Source of the DNA: a virus
Lineage: Duplodnaviria; Caudoviricetes
Virus record (IMG/VR): IMGVR_UViG_3300027782_000030
Coordinates: 136,571 to 200,570 of that record
Length of the DNA: 64,000 nucleotides
Direction: 5' to 3' (one strand)
Shown here: positions 1 through 10,600 of the stretch, piece after piece
How positions within the stretch are numbered: the stretch's first letter is position 1
Layout: the number at the start of each line of letters is the position of its first letter
The notes under the pieces: model-generated
Seen by the model: only the letters and a program-made list of their open reading frames with translations
Told to the model about the DNA's origin: nothing
The model's database searches: none
Made by a program: the position numbers and the translations under genes

Positions 1-1
1 G

Positions 2-562
2 TTTGAAGGGTTACCAAATTGGTTAGACTTTTTACCCGAAGAATTCAACAGCATCAAATTAAATGAAAATAAATTTCCAATAAAATTAAATATAACCCCT
101 GAAAGACCAAATCCGTTAATGGTAGAAGTTCAGGATCTTAAATATTTTGATGATAGTTATTTTAGTATAGTTACCGAAACAACTTTTTATAATAATGACC
201 ATCCGCGTATTGTTAGATATGGGACCTTAGATAATATTTTTATTACTGAAAAGACTTTTAAATGTTTTCCTGCAATGCACCCGTTCATTGTATTTGCTTA
301 TCCTAATTTATTATCTGAATTAAGAAAACTTGGGTATAAAACGTTTGCACCCTTTATAGATGAATCATATGATACTATTATCAATGATGATGATAGATTT
401 GAAGCAATATGGAAAGAAATAACTAGATTATTACATAAAACACCTGAAGAATGGATTCAATGGCAATCTGGCATCAAAGAAATCGTTGAATTTAATAAAA
501 ATCATTTTTATTCAAATACAAATTATTCTTCTACCCCTATTGACGATATTTTTGGAGACTAA
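2..562 (+). CDS. C-terminal part of a GT-B/GT10-like glycosyltransferase-family protein (5' end lies outside the window)
   Basis: The frame is open from base 2 into the 119..562 ORF. Motif IVTETTF..FITEKTFK..HPFIV..LGYKTF..IDESYD is shared with 4336..6057 and 15220..16371. Confidence 0.6.
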   Translation, partial: FEGLPNWLDFLPEEFNSIKLNENKFPIKLNITPERPNPLMVEVQDLKYFDDSYFSIVTETTFYNNDHPRIVRYGTLDNIFITEKTFKCFPAMHPFIVFAYPNLLSELRKLGYKTFAPFIDESYDTIINDDDRFEAIWKEITRLLHKTPEEWIQWQSGIKEIVEFNKNHFYSNTNYSSTPIDDIFGD

Positions 563-565
563 TAA

Positions 566-2815
566 TTGGATTTTAACCTAACGTCATTAGCAGTAGATAA
601 GTTAGTTCCTAAAGAACGGCCTACAGAAGATATTGCCGATGCCCGACATCGTAATATGATGGAGGCTATAGCGCCCTATGCAAAGAAAACAGAACAAAAA
701 AATCTAACACCTGTATATGTTAATTATAAAACCCGCAATACTAAATTAGTATTGGTATTATGTCCTGAATGGAGTCCGTATATGCCGCCCTTTAGTCTAG
801 CTAGACTAAGTGGTATAGCAAAAAGTGCAGGATATGAAACTACTATTATGGATTTGAATGTTAGAGCCTATAACGAATATCGTAACGATTGGCAACCTAA
901 TAAAAAACTCCCATTCAGACTATGGGATCCTAGTAGCAGTTGGCACTGGCTAGGCGAGACTTATATGAATGATATTCATCCCGTATTAGAGCCTGTACTT
1001 AGTAAAGCAATAGATGATATAGTTGAACTAAATCCTGAAGTAGTTGGCTTTAGTATATATTATATTAGTGAAGAGCCAACTAAGTGGATGTGTAAAGAAC
1101 TCAAACGTAGACTGCCCAATGTAAAAATTGCAGTAGGTGGACCCAACGTACACAAGAGTTGGTTTAAAGTAGAACCATATTATGATTATGCAGTTGTGGG
1201 TGAAGGTGAGGCAAACTTATTAGTATTACTTGAAGAAGTAGAAAACGGTATCAACCACAGTGAACCTAAGATTCTAGATCAACCCGAAGAGCAGCGTATC
1301 AACATAAATGGCTTGCCTATGCCAGACTATGAGTCTATAGATTTTAGTCAATATGAATTGCCTAACGGAGTAAACACAGAAATTAGTAGGGGCTGTACAG
1401 CAAAATGTACTTTTTGCGAAGAGACACATTTTTGGCGATATCGTCAGCGTCAATCTGTTGATTTGATTACGGAAATCGAATGGCTATACTATAATAAGGG
1501 TACAGATGTTGTTTGGTTCATTGATAGTTTAGTCAATGGCAACTTAAAAGAGTTGAGGGCTTTTGTCAAAGGAGTCGCCGCTAAAGGTCTTAAGATTAAG
1601 TGGACAGGATATGCCCGCTGTGACGGCCGAATGGATCTAGAATACATGAAAGATTTAGCTGCCGGTGGTTGTATCATGTTTAACTATGGGATAGAATCCG
1701 GTAGTCAAAAAGTATTGGACGATATGGCTAAAGGCGTCACGATTGCAGAGATGGAACAAAACTTCATCGATGGTAAAAAGGTGGGTATATGGGCTGCTAC
1801 AAACTGGATTGTAGGATTCCCCACTGAAAATTTTCAAGACTATGCCGATAGCATGACACTACTATGGCGTATGCGTAATAATAATATTAATAACGCCGGC
1901 TTGGGAGTAGGTTATGGCTTGGGCCCAGAAACTATAGTAGGTCAAAACCCGCATAAATTTAATATTAGTTGGCACAAGTATCAAGGACATTGGATTACAA
2001 AAGACTTGACAATGGGTGGAACTCATGTAATGACTAGAGTAAAAACTTTTCACATGTTTGCCGATTTTATACAGGGGTGTAGTGAAGTCCCGATTAGTTA
2101 TCCAGTGAGACACGGTTTAGCAAGAGAACATTATAAAATAGAATTGAATGATCCTAAGTGTATCAAAGAAATTGAATATGAAAAATTTGATTATAATATT
2201 ATTAAAGTAGATATTAATCCATTTGCTAATACATTAGTAAATGAAATGTGGCCATTCTTTCGAATGCTTTGGAAAACTAGAGGTGGATATAAAGCTGTAG
2301 TGAAATTTCATCCTGACATTGATTTAAAAGAGTTTGGCAGTCAGTTTGGACCCGGCATGTATTATGCTACTTATAAGTTTGATATCACGGATGACGGCAA
2401 GTGGGATGCCGATTTTGATATTATTTTTAATCAAGTAGATAATATATTTGACGATAGAGAACGTCCGCCTCTAGGTAGAAAAGGTCCTTTTTACGCACAA
2501 GACTATAGTAGAATTCAAGCTAATACAGCCAAACGTGCCCGTAAATTAGCAAAGCCAACATGGAGCGATGAAGAAGGTAGAGATGGACAAGATTTTACAG
2601 ACTTGTTAAATGAAGAACAAATGTTAAATGAAACTATTGACTTCTCATTTAAGCTACATTGGGTTGAGTCAGGTGATTGGGGCAACTATGCCGACTATGA
2701 AGTTAAAGTTTCTAATACTACTATCGTTGTGATTCCTGAAAAGAAAGCAATGTCGGCTACAGAATTTGCTACAATTGACGTAACATCTATTAAAAAACGT
2801 GAACCCAATACTTGA
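566..2815 (+). CDS. B12-binding radical SAM enzyme (class B methyltransferase-like)
   Basis: CxxxCxxC motif (SRGCTAKCTFC), an N-terminal cobalamin-binding-like domain (PPFSLARLS, VAVGGP, VVGEGE) and GIESGSQ. Confidence 0.9.
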   Translation: MDFNLTSLAVDKLVPKERPTEDIADARHRNMMEAIAPYAKKTEQKNLTPVYVNYKTRNTKLVLVLCPEWSPYMPPFSLARLSGIAKSAGYETTIMDLNVRAYNEYRNDWQPNKKLPFRLWDPSSSWHWLGETYMNDIHPVLEPVLSKAIDDIVELNPEVVGFSIYYISEEPTKWMCKELKRRLPNVKIAVGGPNVHKSWFKVEPYYDYAVVGEGEANLLVLLEEVENGINHSEPKILDQPEEQRININGLPMPDYESIDFSQYELPNGVNTEISRGCTAKCTFCEETHFWRYRQRQSVDLITEIEWLYYNKGTDVVWFIDSLVNGNLKELRAFVKGVAAKGLKIKWTGYARCDGRMDLEYMKDLAAGGCIMFNYGIESGSQKVLDDMAKGVTIAEMEQNFIDGKKVGIWAATNWIVGFPTENFQDYADSMTLLWRMRNNNINNAGLGVGYGLGPETIVGQNPHKFNISWHKYQGHWITKDLTMGGTHVMTRVKTFHMFADFIQGCSEVPISYPVRHGLAREHYKIELNDPKCIKEIEYEKFDYNIIKVDINPFANTLVNEMWPFFRMLWKTRGGYKAVVKFHPDIDLKEFGSQFGPGMYYATYKFDITDDGKWDADFDIIFNQVDNIFDDRERPPLGRKGPFYAQDYSRIQANTAKRARKLAKPTWSDEEGRDGQDFTDLLNEEQMLNETIDFSFKLHWVESGDWGNYADYEVKVSNTTIVVIPEKKAMSATEFATIDVTSIKKREPNT

Positions 2816-3383
2816 GTTTGAAACGGTTATAAAAGAATATTATAACAGCCCATATGCGGTTACAACTGATTGTTGTACCCACGCTATTGAACTATGTATT
2901 AGGTTATTAAAGCCAACTGAGGTATCATGTCCAAAACACACCTACCTAAGTGTTCCAATGACATTTGAAAAATTAAATCTAGATTGGAGATTTAAAAATT
3001 TTAAATGGAATGATTATTATTATATAACTAATAATATTATTGATGCGGCAGTATATTGGAAGCCCGATGGATATATCCCTAATACATATATGTGCTTGTC
3101 ATTTCAATTTAAAAAGCATTTAAATGTGGGTAGAGGTGGCATGATATTAACCGACGATTATGAATCTTATAAAAAATTAAAAAAGATGAGTTATGATGGT
3201 AGGCTTCCCGATATTGCATGGGCTGAACAAGACGTAGACACATTGGGTTATCATTATTATATGACACCTGAAACTGCTGAGTTGGGTTTAGATAGATTTC
3301 ACGAAGTAAAGGACATTGAACCTAGACAATGGTCTTGGAAAGACTATCCCGACTTAACAACAATGAGTGTATTCAAATGCTAA
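2799..3383 (+). CDS. Compact DegT/DnrJ/EryC1/StrS-family PLP aminotransferase
   Basis: AVTTDCCTHAIEL, IIDAA, and the PLP-lysine motif SFQFKKHL..GRGG, then GYHYYMTPE; only 194 aa. Confidence 0.8.
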   Translation: MNPILEFETVIKEYYNSPYAVTTDCCTHAIELCIRLLKPTEVSCPKHTYLSVPMTFEKLNLDWRFKNFKWNDYYYITNNIIDAAVYWKPDGYIPNTYMCLSFQFKKHLNVGRGGMILTDDYESYKKLKKMSYDGRLPDIAWAEQDVDTLGYHYYMTPETAELGLDRFHEVKDIEPRQWSWKDYPDLTTMSVFKC

Positions 3384-4339
3384 GTAAAAACGAGTGGGAT
3401 CCACTTAAAACCGTGATTGTTGGTATAGCAGATAATGCTACTAGACCAATTATATCTACAAGCGTTAGGACTGTTAACTATGCTGATGTAAAAGATGTGA
3501 GTACGATTGAATGTGGTCCATATCCTGTACAAGTCATAGAAGAAGCGAATCAGGATTTAGAAACACTAAGTGATTTTCTTAAGAAAGAAAACATTAAGGT
3601 ATTACGCCCTGAAGCAAATCATCCTAGGTATTATAACTATTGCCCAAGAGATACGGTATTAATACATGATGAATTAGTATTGGCTACACCAACTGCACTA
3701 AGTGAACGACGCCATGAATGGACTAGTTCTGCGAAGCATTTAAATATAGTTACAGTAGCACCTATACCAAATGATGATATAATTTATAATACTGAATGTA
3801 TAGGTAATCCTGATATTTTAGCATTAAATGAAATAGATCCTTGTTTTGATGCTGCTAATATTATTAGAGCAAATGAAGACCTTTATTATCTAGTTAGTAA
3901 TACTGGTAATAAAAAAGGTGCAGAATACTTAAGGTCATTGGGCAAAACTGTACATACTATTGAAAACGTATATAGTTATATTCATATTGATAGTACTATT
4001 GCATTTTTGCGTGAGGGTTTAATGTTGTTAAACCCAAAAAGAATTACGAATGTCAAAGAACAATTACCCAAATCATTGCATAATTGGGATATAATATGGG
4101 CTACTGAGCCAATAGATATTGGACATTACCCCGGTATATGCAATGCTAGTGTTTGGATAAATGTAAATTTGTTATCTATCAATCCTAACTTAGTAGTTCT
4201 AGAAGAACACCAACACAATTTACGAATAGAATTAGAAAAATACGGTATTGAATCAGCAATGTTACCAATGCGTCATGCTAGAACATTAGGTGGTTGTTTT
4301 CACTGTGTGACATTAGATTTAGTTAGAGATGATAAATGA
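3377..4339 (+). CDS. Amidinotransferase (glycine/inosamine-phosphate amidinotransferase family)
   Basis: NEWDPLKTVIVG, YCPRD, HIDST and GGCFHCVTLDL (Asp-His-Cys triad). Likely ATG is 3377, inside the listed 3329 ORF. Confidence 0.9.
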   Translation: MLSKNEWDPLKTVIVGIADNATRPIISTSVRTVNYADVKDVSTIECGPYPVQVIEEANQDLETLSDFLKKENIKVLRPEANHPRYYNYCPRDTVLIHDELVLATPTALSERRHEWTSSAKHLNIVTVAPIPNDDIIYNTECIGNPDILALNEIDPCFDAANIIRANEDLYYLVSNTGNKKGAEYLRSLGKTVHTIENVYSYIHIDSTIAFLREGLMLLNPKRITNVKEQLPKSLHNWDIIWATEPIDIGHYPGICNASVWINVNLLSINPNLVVLEEHQHNLRIELEKYGIESAMLPMRHARTLGGCFHCVTLDLVRDDK

Positions 4340-6057
4340 GTAAATGGCGTCGAGGACATGTTGGTAGATTTTGGTATACTGAAGAGGTTAAAAATCTTAA
4401 TTATACTAAACAACCTATAACTCAAGATGAAGTTGACCAATGGGTATCTAAAGGTTATGATTACGTAAAGAGCTTTACGGGCAGCATGTATGATAATAAA
4501 AACCCAATGCCTGAATTTATTAATAGACTTAAAGATATCTTTTACAACTATAAAAATCTTACGTTTACTTTTTATAAAATGAGTACATTGGAAATTATGC
4601 CTGAGCATTCTGATCACTATAATACATATATGAAATTATATGGGGCAGATTACAAAAATGTACACCGCATCTTATTAATGTTAGAAGATTGGAAACCCGG
4701 GCATTACTTGGAAATAGATGGCACTGGTATTATTAATTGGGTAGCAGGTGATTACTTTATTTGGGAAAATGATTGCAAACATGCTGCTGCTAATATAGGT
4801 GTAGAAGATAGATATACTTTACAGATTACGGCTGAAATACTTAGCGACAACTCAACTGACTATAAACTACATTGGTATAATATTCCTGATAGAGAATCAA
4901 AAACCGAATCATCTCAATACTATATGAATAGGGTACTAAACGGAGTAACTGATAATATAAGAAATGAACCATTGTATATTTACATGCTTAATCAACAAAT
5001 TGTTGAACTAGAAACAATAATACATGATCAAAGTACAGTACAGTATTTAAATGAAAAGGGTATTACATTTTATCTAACAGAACCATTATGCGGCTATACA
5101 AGATTACCTAGGAAACATACACTATCAATTTATTCAGAATTTAAAGGTGATGAAGATTCTTCTGCTTTACGGGCAGACGAGTTAGATAGCATTAAAGAAT
5201 ATGTTATCAGAAATAAATTAACTAATGTTAATGTTTATACATGTGATTATGACGCTAAAACATATTATCCTTACTATAAATCTTTTATGAATATAGAAAC
5301 AGATGATTTGTTTATTAGAACCATACCACAAAAAACAGTATTCCATACCAATGTCAAAGCTGCTTTTAATAAAAAATTTATTTGTTTAAATTGGAGATTT
5401 ACTCCTCATAGGCAATTATTAGCCGCATACTTGTCTCAAAAATCTAGCACTATTAGTTGGTATTTTAGGGGAGATTTGCCTGTTGTAGGGCACTATAATT
5501 GGATTAGTATTTTTTCACTTAGAGACCCTAAATATTTTAATACTTTAATAGATGGCATCACATATCTAAATGCTAACGCACCTCTGAGTGTTGACTTACC
5601 TGATGTAGAATCTATCTCTTTATATGATACTGCTCATGGCGAATTTATTCCTAATAGTCAAATACTGAATAATAGTTCCAATGAGATAATAGAAAATGCT
5701 TATTTGAATGTGTTTTGTGATATAGTTACTGAGTCTAGATTCGCTCAGCCAACTGGTAACTTTAGCGAAAAGGTATTTCACCCTATATGGTATAAAAAGC
5801 CTTTCGTATTGGCAGCGCCTCCTCATACACTAAAATATTTAAAAGAAGAAGGGTATAAAACCTTCAATGAATTTTGGGATGAAAGTTATGATGACTGTGA
5901 AAATCATGAAGAAAGATTAATGAAAATATTTGATGTAATAGATTTCATTGATAGTAAATCTATAGACGAATTGCGTGAAATGTATGAGCAAATGAAGCCA
6001 ATACTAAAACATAATTATGATTTAATAAAGCAAAAACTGCCCACAGTAGAAAAGTAA
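4336..6057 (+). CDS. Fusion of an N-terminal 2OG-Fe(II) oxygenase and a C-terminal GT10-like domain
   Basis: PEHSDHY...HAAANIG..RYTLQIT jelly-roll HxD..H motif; C-terminal IVTESRF..FSEKVF..KPFVL..GYKTF..WDESYD. Confidence 0.7.
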   Translation: MSKWRRGHVGRFWYTEEVKNLNYTKQPITQDEVDQWVSKGYDYVKSFTGSMYDNKNPMPEFINRLKDIFYNYKNLTFTFYKMSTLEIMPEHSDHYNTYMKLYGADYKNVHRILLMLEDWKPGHYLEIDGTGIINWVAGDYFIWENDCKHAAANIGVEDRYTLQITAEILSDNSTDYKLHWYNIPDRESKTESSQYYMNRVLNGVTDNIRNEPLYIYMLNQQIVELETIIHDQSTVQYLNEKGITFYLTEPLCGYTRLPRKHTLSIYSEFKGDEDSSALRADELDSIKEYVIRNKLTNVNVYTCDYDAKTYYPYYKSFMNIETDDLFIRTIPQKTVFHTNVKAAFNKKFICLNWRFTPHRQLLAAYLSQKSSTISWYFRGDLPVVGHYNWISIFSLRDPKYFNTLIDGITYLNANAPLSVDLPDVESISLYDTAHGEFIPNSQILNNSSNEIIENAYLNVFCDIVTESRFAQPTGNFSEKVFHPIWYKKPFVLAAPPHTLKYLKEEGYKTFNEFWDESYDDCENHEERLMKIFDVIDFIDSKSIDELREMYEQMKPILKHNYDLIKQKLPTVEK

Positions 6058-6078
6058 ATACTTATAAGGAGCACATTT

Positions 6079-6177
6079 ATGTTTATATTTAAATGGATTA
6101 AGAATATTATCCGAGAATACAAATACCGTAAAAGAATTAAAGAATTACGCAAACGGGATCCTTTCATATACAAATGA
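6079..6177 (+). CDS. 32-aa basic peptide (MFIFKWIKNIIREYKYRKRIKELRKRDPFIYK)
   Basis: Read by hand and absent from the ORF track. AAGGAG RBS, GTAAATA at 6054, and its TGA overlaps the ATG of 6174. Confidence 0.65.
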   Translation: MFIFKWIKNIIREYKYRKRIKELRKRDPFIYK

Positions 6178-7655
6178 ACTATGTAGGCATATCAGCAGGG
6201 TTTCATGACGCTGCAATCAGTGTAATAGACAATGCAGGCAACCTATTATTTGCTGGGCATAGTGAACGTTATAGTAAGAAAAAACACGATAAAGACTTAT
6301 GTGAAGAATTATTAGCCGACGCATTAAGTTACTGTAATTCAGAATCATTAGAGTATCACTACTACGAAAGACCTTGGTTGAAAGCACTTAGACAGGTGCG
6401 TAGTGGTGAGGGTTTTGTTTGGCCAAGTTGGAAAAACTTATTAGGTCCCATCTATAATCAAATGGGTAAACCAAAGATACATGTACATGGTCATCATCTA
6501 TGCCATGCAGCAGCAGGATTTCAAACCAGTCCTTATAGTGACGCCACAGTTGTAATAATTGACGCTATAGGTGAGTTTGACACTATGACGATTTGGGATG
6601 CTAGATATGACCTTATAACTGGCAAGGCTACCTATGAGAAACTATGGAGTATGCAATATCCAAACAGTGTTGGATTATTTTATTCAGCAATGACTGAGCG
6701 AGTCGGGTTGCGTCCACTAGATGAAGAATATATTCTTATGGGCATGGCTGCATATGGTCATCCTCATCATGTTGATGATATGTTTGATGCGTTAATAGAT
6801 GATGATGACATATTGACCTTTAAGCAGAATTTACATGTTGGGGTAAGTAAAGAATTTTTGAAAAACGCCAAAGATACAGACATTGCCAGCAGTAGTCAAA
6901 ATATAGTAGAATATATGATTACTCTAGTTGTTAGTAAGGCCAAAAGTCTAGGTAGAAGTAGAAATCTAGTCTACGGTGGTGGGGTGGCATTGAATTGTTT
7001 AGCAAATAGATTATTAGGAAATATATATGAAAATATTTGGATTATGCCGAACCCTGGTGATGCAGGTAATAGCCTTGGTGCAGCATGTCTTGGCTATGGC
7101 ACTAAACTTAATTGGAGTAATGCTTTTCTTGGGCATGATATTACTGGGGATTATCCTGTTCATCGGTTACTTGATGTTCTACTTACTGATCGGATGGTTG
7201 GTGTTGCGTCCGGTAGGGCAGAATTCGGACCGCGGGCCTTAGGTAATCGTAGTCTGTTGGCAGATCCTCGCGGAGATGATATCAAAGACAGAGTAAATGA
7301 GATTAAGCGTAGACAAAAGTTTAGACCATTTGCTCCTATTATTCTTGAGGAATATGTGCATGATTATTTTGACATGCCAAGGTCTTGGAAAAATAGTAGA
7401 TACATGCAAGTAATTGCTAACTGTAAATTTCCTGATCGGTTTCCTGCTATCGCTCATGCCGACAAAACTAGCAGAGTACAAACTGTACCAAAAGATGGCT
7501 CGGGTATTAGAGAGTTATTAGAGAAATGGTATGTAATAACCGAATGTCCTATGTTGTTGAATACTAGTCTAAACATTCGTGGCGAGCCAATGGTCAATGA
7601 CAGGGCCGATGCTGACAGATTTGAAAAACTGTATGGGGTTAAAGTTCTGTCATAA
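6174..7655 (+). CDS. Carbamoyltransferase (NodU/CmcH/TobZ family)
   Basis: GFHDAA, HHLCHAA, IDAIGE, GGVALNC, EFGPRALGNRS and LNTSLN motifs. Confidence 0.95.
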   Translation: MNYVGISAGFHDAAISVIDNAGNLLFAGHSERYSKKKHDKDLCEELLADALSYCNSESLEYHYYERPWLKALRQVRSGEGFVWPSWKNLLGPIYNQMGKPKIHVHGHHLCHAAAGFQTSPYSDATVVIIDAIGEFDTMTIWDARYDLITGKATYEKLWSMQYPNSVGLFYSAMTERVGLRPLDEEYILMGMAAYGHPHHVDDMFDALIDDDDILTFKQNLHVGVSKEFLKNAKDTDIASSSQNIVEYMITLVVSKAKSLGRSRNLVYGGGVALNCLANRLLGNIYENIWIMPNPGDAGNSLGAACLGYGTKLNWSNAFLGHDITGDYPVHRLLDVLLTDRMVGVASGRAEFGPRALGNRSLLADPRGDDIKDRVNEIKRRQKFRPFAPIILEEYVHDYFDMPRSWKNSRYMQVIANCKFPDRFPAIAHADKTSRVQTVPKDGSGIRELLEKWYVITECPMLLNTSLNIRGEPMVNDRADADRFEKLYGVKVLS

Positions 7656-7666
7656 GTAACTACATC

Positions 7667-10600
7667 ATGAGAGATGTATTTTATTACGGTAAAAAACCCA
7701 ACGTTCACCCAAAAGAAAAATTTGCGACTTCAATAGAAGATGCCAGGAGTCAATGTACCACTGAACATTTTTGGATAATCAATGAATACTGTGATTATCG
7801 CAATCTAGATTGGGACTTTGATTTTGAATTCTTACCCGATGAAGATGTATGGGCAGAAGACCATAACAATGTATGGCCCAGCCAACATCAAAAAGACAGT
7901 GGCACTTGGCTATGTCCAAAGAAAAACAGTGATATAATTATCTATCGTGCTGATGTTGACCCTGTTATTCGTAAGAATATAAAGAATGACAATTGGGTAA
8001 TATTATATGAAATTGATGAAATTAACTTTGATTTTAGTTGGCATCCTGATCCAACTGATCCTTCCTATACTTATGTATGGGGTAACCAATGGCACTCTGG
8101 TAAGATTATGCCTACGGTTAAATATTCCGTACTTGGTTCGTTAGAAGTAAAATATATTGAAAATAATATTGCGATATTAGCACAATTGCCTGAAAACTTT
8201 GATATTTTTGAAGAAGTTGAGAATTTTGATTTTAGTTGGCATCCTAATCCAACTAGTCCTCCTTACATATATGTTTGGGGTAATCAATGGAATATCCCTC
8301 AGGACAAAATATCTATTCAATATAAAGTTGATGGTGCGACCGAACATAATTATATGGCCGAACGTGCGATTCGTAAACCATGTACAGGTAATTGGATAAT
8401 ACCTGATAATGTTGATACAATTGGGTTTGACTTTAGTTGGGAACCTAGCCCAGCGGATCAACCTTATATTTACCAATTTGGCACTCAGTGGCAAAAGACA
8501 GGTGGTCCACAATATTTAACACCAGGCGTACATAAAAATAGTGACATTAAGTATATTGATTTGCAAAAAGTAAAAATATTGCCTAATAAAGATAACTTTA
8601 TTATCTTAGACAATATTATTGTAGATGATTTTGATTATAGTTGGCATTCTGATGAAACAGAAGAACCATACATATACGTATTTGGTAATAATTTATATGC
8701 GGCTGAAATTATGCCAACTATCCAGTACGTACCTAAAAACGCAGTTAGATTAACATCAGGTAAACCAATTGAACAAATAAAATATGTCAATGACTTAGTT
8801 GCTAAATTAGGAGAGAATAGAAATAATTGGGTTATTCATCAGCCAATAGATGAAATTAAATTTGATTTTAGTTGGGTGCCTAATCCTAAAGATCCCCCTT
8901 ACATATATGTTTGGGGTAACAAATATATTTCAAACATATATAAACCAACGGTTGAATATATAGTTGAAGGTGCAACTGAAATAAAATACATGGATGACAG
9001 TGTTGCTGTATTACCCGAGCTTGATCGATGGTATATACCAAATAATATTGATGATACTGGTTTTGATTACACATGGAGACCTGATCCATTAGAACCTGTA
9101 TTAATTTGGCAATTTGGCACTCAGTGGCAGAAGACAGGTGGACCTAGATATACCATGCCTAGCGCTATTGAAATCAAATATATTGACAGTCAAAAAGTAA
9201 AAGCACTGCCTAACAAAAATTGGACTATACCTAAAAATATTGATGTATCTGAATTTGATTTTAGTTGGCACCCAGATGACACTTCACCTTCTTACATATA
9301 TAGATTTCCTACACAGTGGGCAATGAGTGGTGGTCCAATTTACACTGTAGTTGGAGCAACAGAAGTAAAGTATATAGATATCTTTAGGGCTAAAGCGCTA
9401 CCTAATACAGACAATTGGGAATTCGATTCTAACAATATTGATTCGTCTATCTTTGATTTTAGTTGGCACCCATATGCTGAAGATGAGCCTTTCATATATC
9501 AATTTGGTACTCAATGGCAAAAGACAGGTGGTCCTAGATATTTAACTCCAGGAGTTCATAAAAATAGTCCTGTAAAATATATTGATACACGAATTATAAA
9601 AGCAAAAAGATTGCCGAACAAAAATAATTTTGTTATTTTAGATGACAATGTTATATCTGATTTTGATTATAGTTGGCATCATGATGATACTGAAGAACTT
9701 TTTATATATGTATTTGGTAACAATTTATATTCTGCTGAAATTATGCCAACTATCCAGTACGTACCTAAAAACGCAGTTAGATTAACATCAGGTAAACCAA
9801 TTGAACAAATAAAATATGTTAATGACTTAGTTGCCAAGTTAGGAGAAAATAGAAATAATTGGGTAATATATCAACCAATAGATGAATCTAAATTTGATTT
9901 TAGCTGGGTCCCCAATCCCAAAGACCCAGCTTACATATACTGTTGGGGTAACAAATTTATTTCCAATGTATATAAACCAACCATTGAATATATAGTTGAA
10001 GGTGCAACTGAAATCAAATACATGGATGACAATGTTGTAGTAGTACCTGAAAGCGATCGGTGGTATATACCAAGTAATATTGATGATACTGGCTTTGACT
10101 ATACATGGAGACCTAATCCATTAGAACCTGATTTAATTTGGCAGTTTGGTACTCAATGGCAAAAAACCGGCGGCCCAAGATATATTATGCCCGGTGCTAT
10201 TGAAGTCAAATATATTGACAGTCAAAAAGTAAAAGCACTTTCTAATAAAAATTGGACTATACCTGAAAATATAGATGTGTCTGAATTTGATTTTAGTTGG
10301 CATCCAGATGATACAAGTCCACCGTATATTTATAGATTCCCAACTCAATGGGCAATAAGCGGCGGACCTAATTATATAGTTGAAGGTGCTACTGAAATAA
10401 AATATATTGATAAGCTTAAGGCTAAAGCACTTCCTTGTAAAGATTATTGGGATTTTAATTCTGCTATAGTTGATGAAAATAGTTTTGATTTTAGTTGGCA
10501 TCCATATGCAGAAGACGAGCCTTTTATATATCAATTTGGAACACAATGGCAGAAAACAGGTGGTCCTAGATATTTAACTCCAGGTGTTCATAAAAACAGT

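Noticed and set aside
566-7655. Calling the tailoring operon an antibiotic or saxitoxin biosynthetic cluster
   Set aside because: The enzyme families overlap, but no scaffold-forming enzyme (DOI synthase, PKS/NRPS), exporter or resistance gene is in the window. The GT-rich context favours glycan modification.
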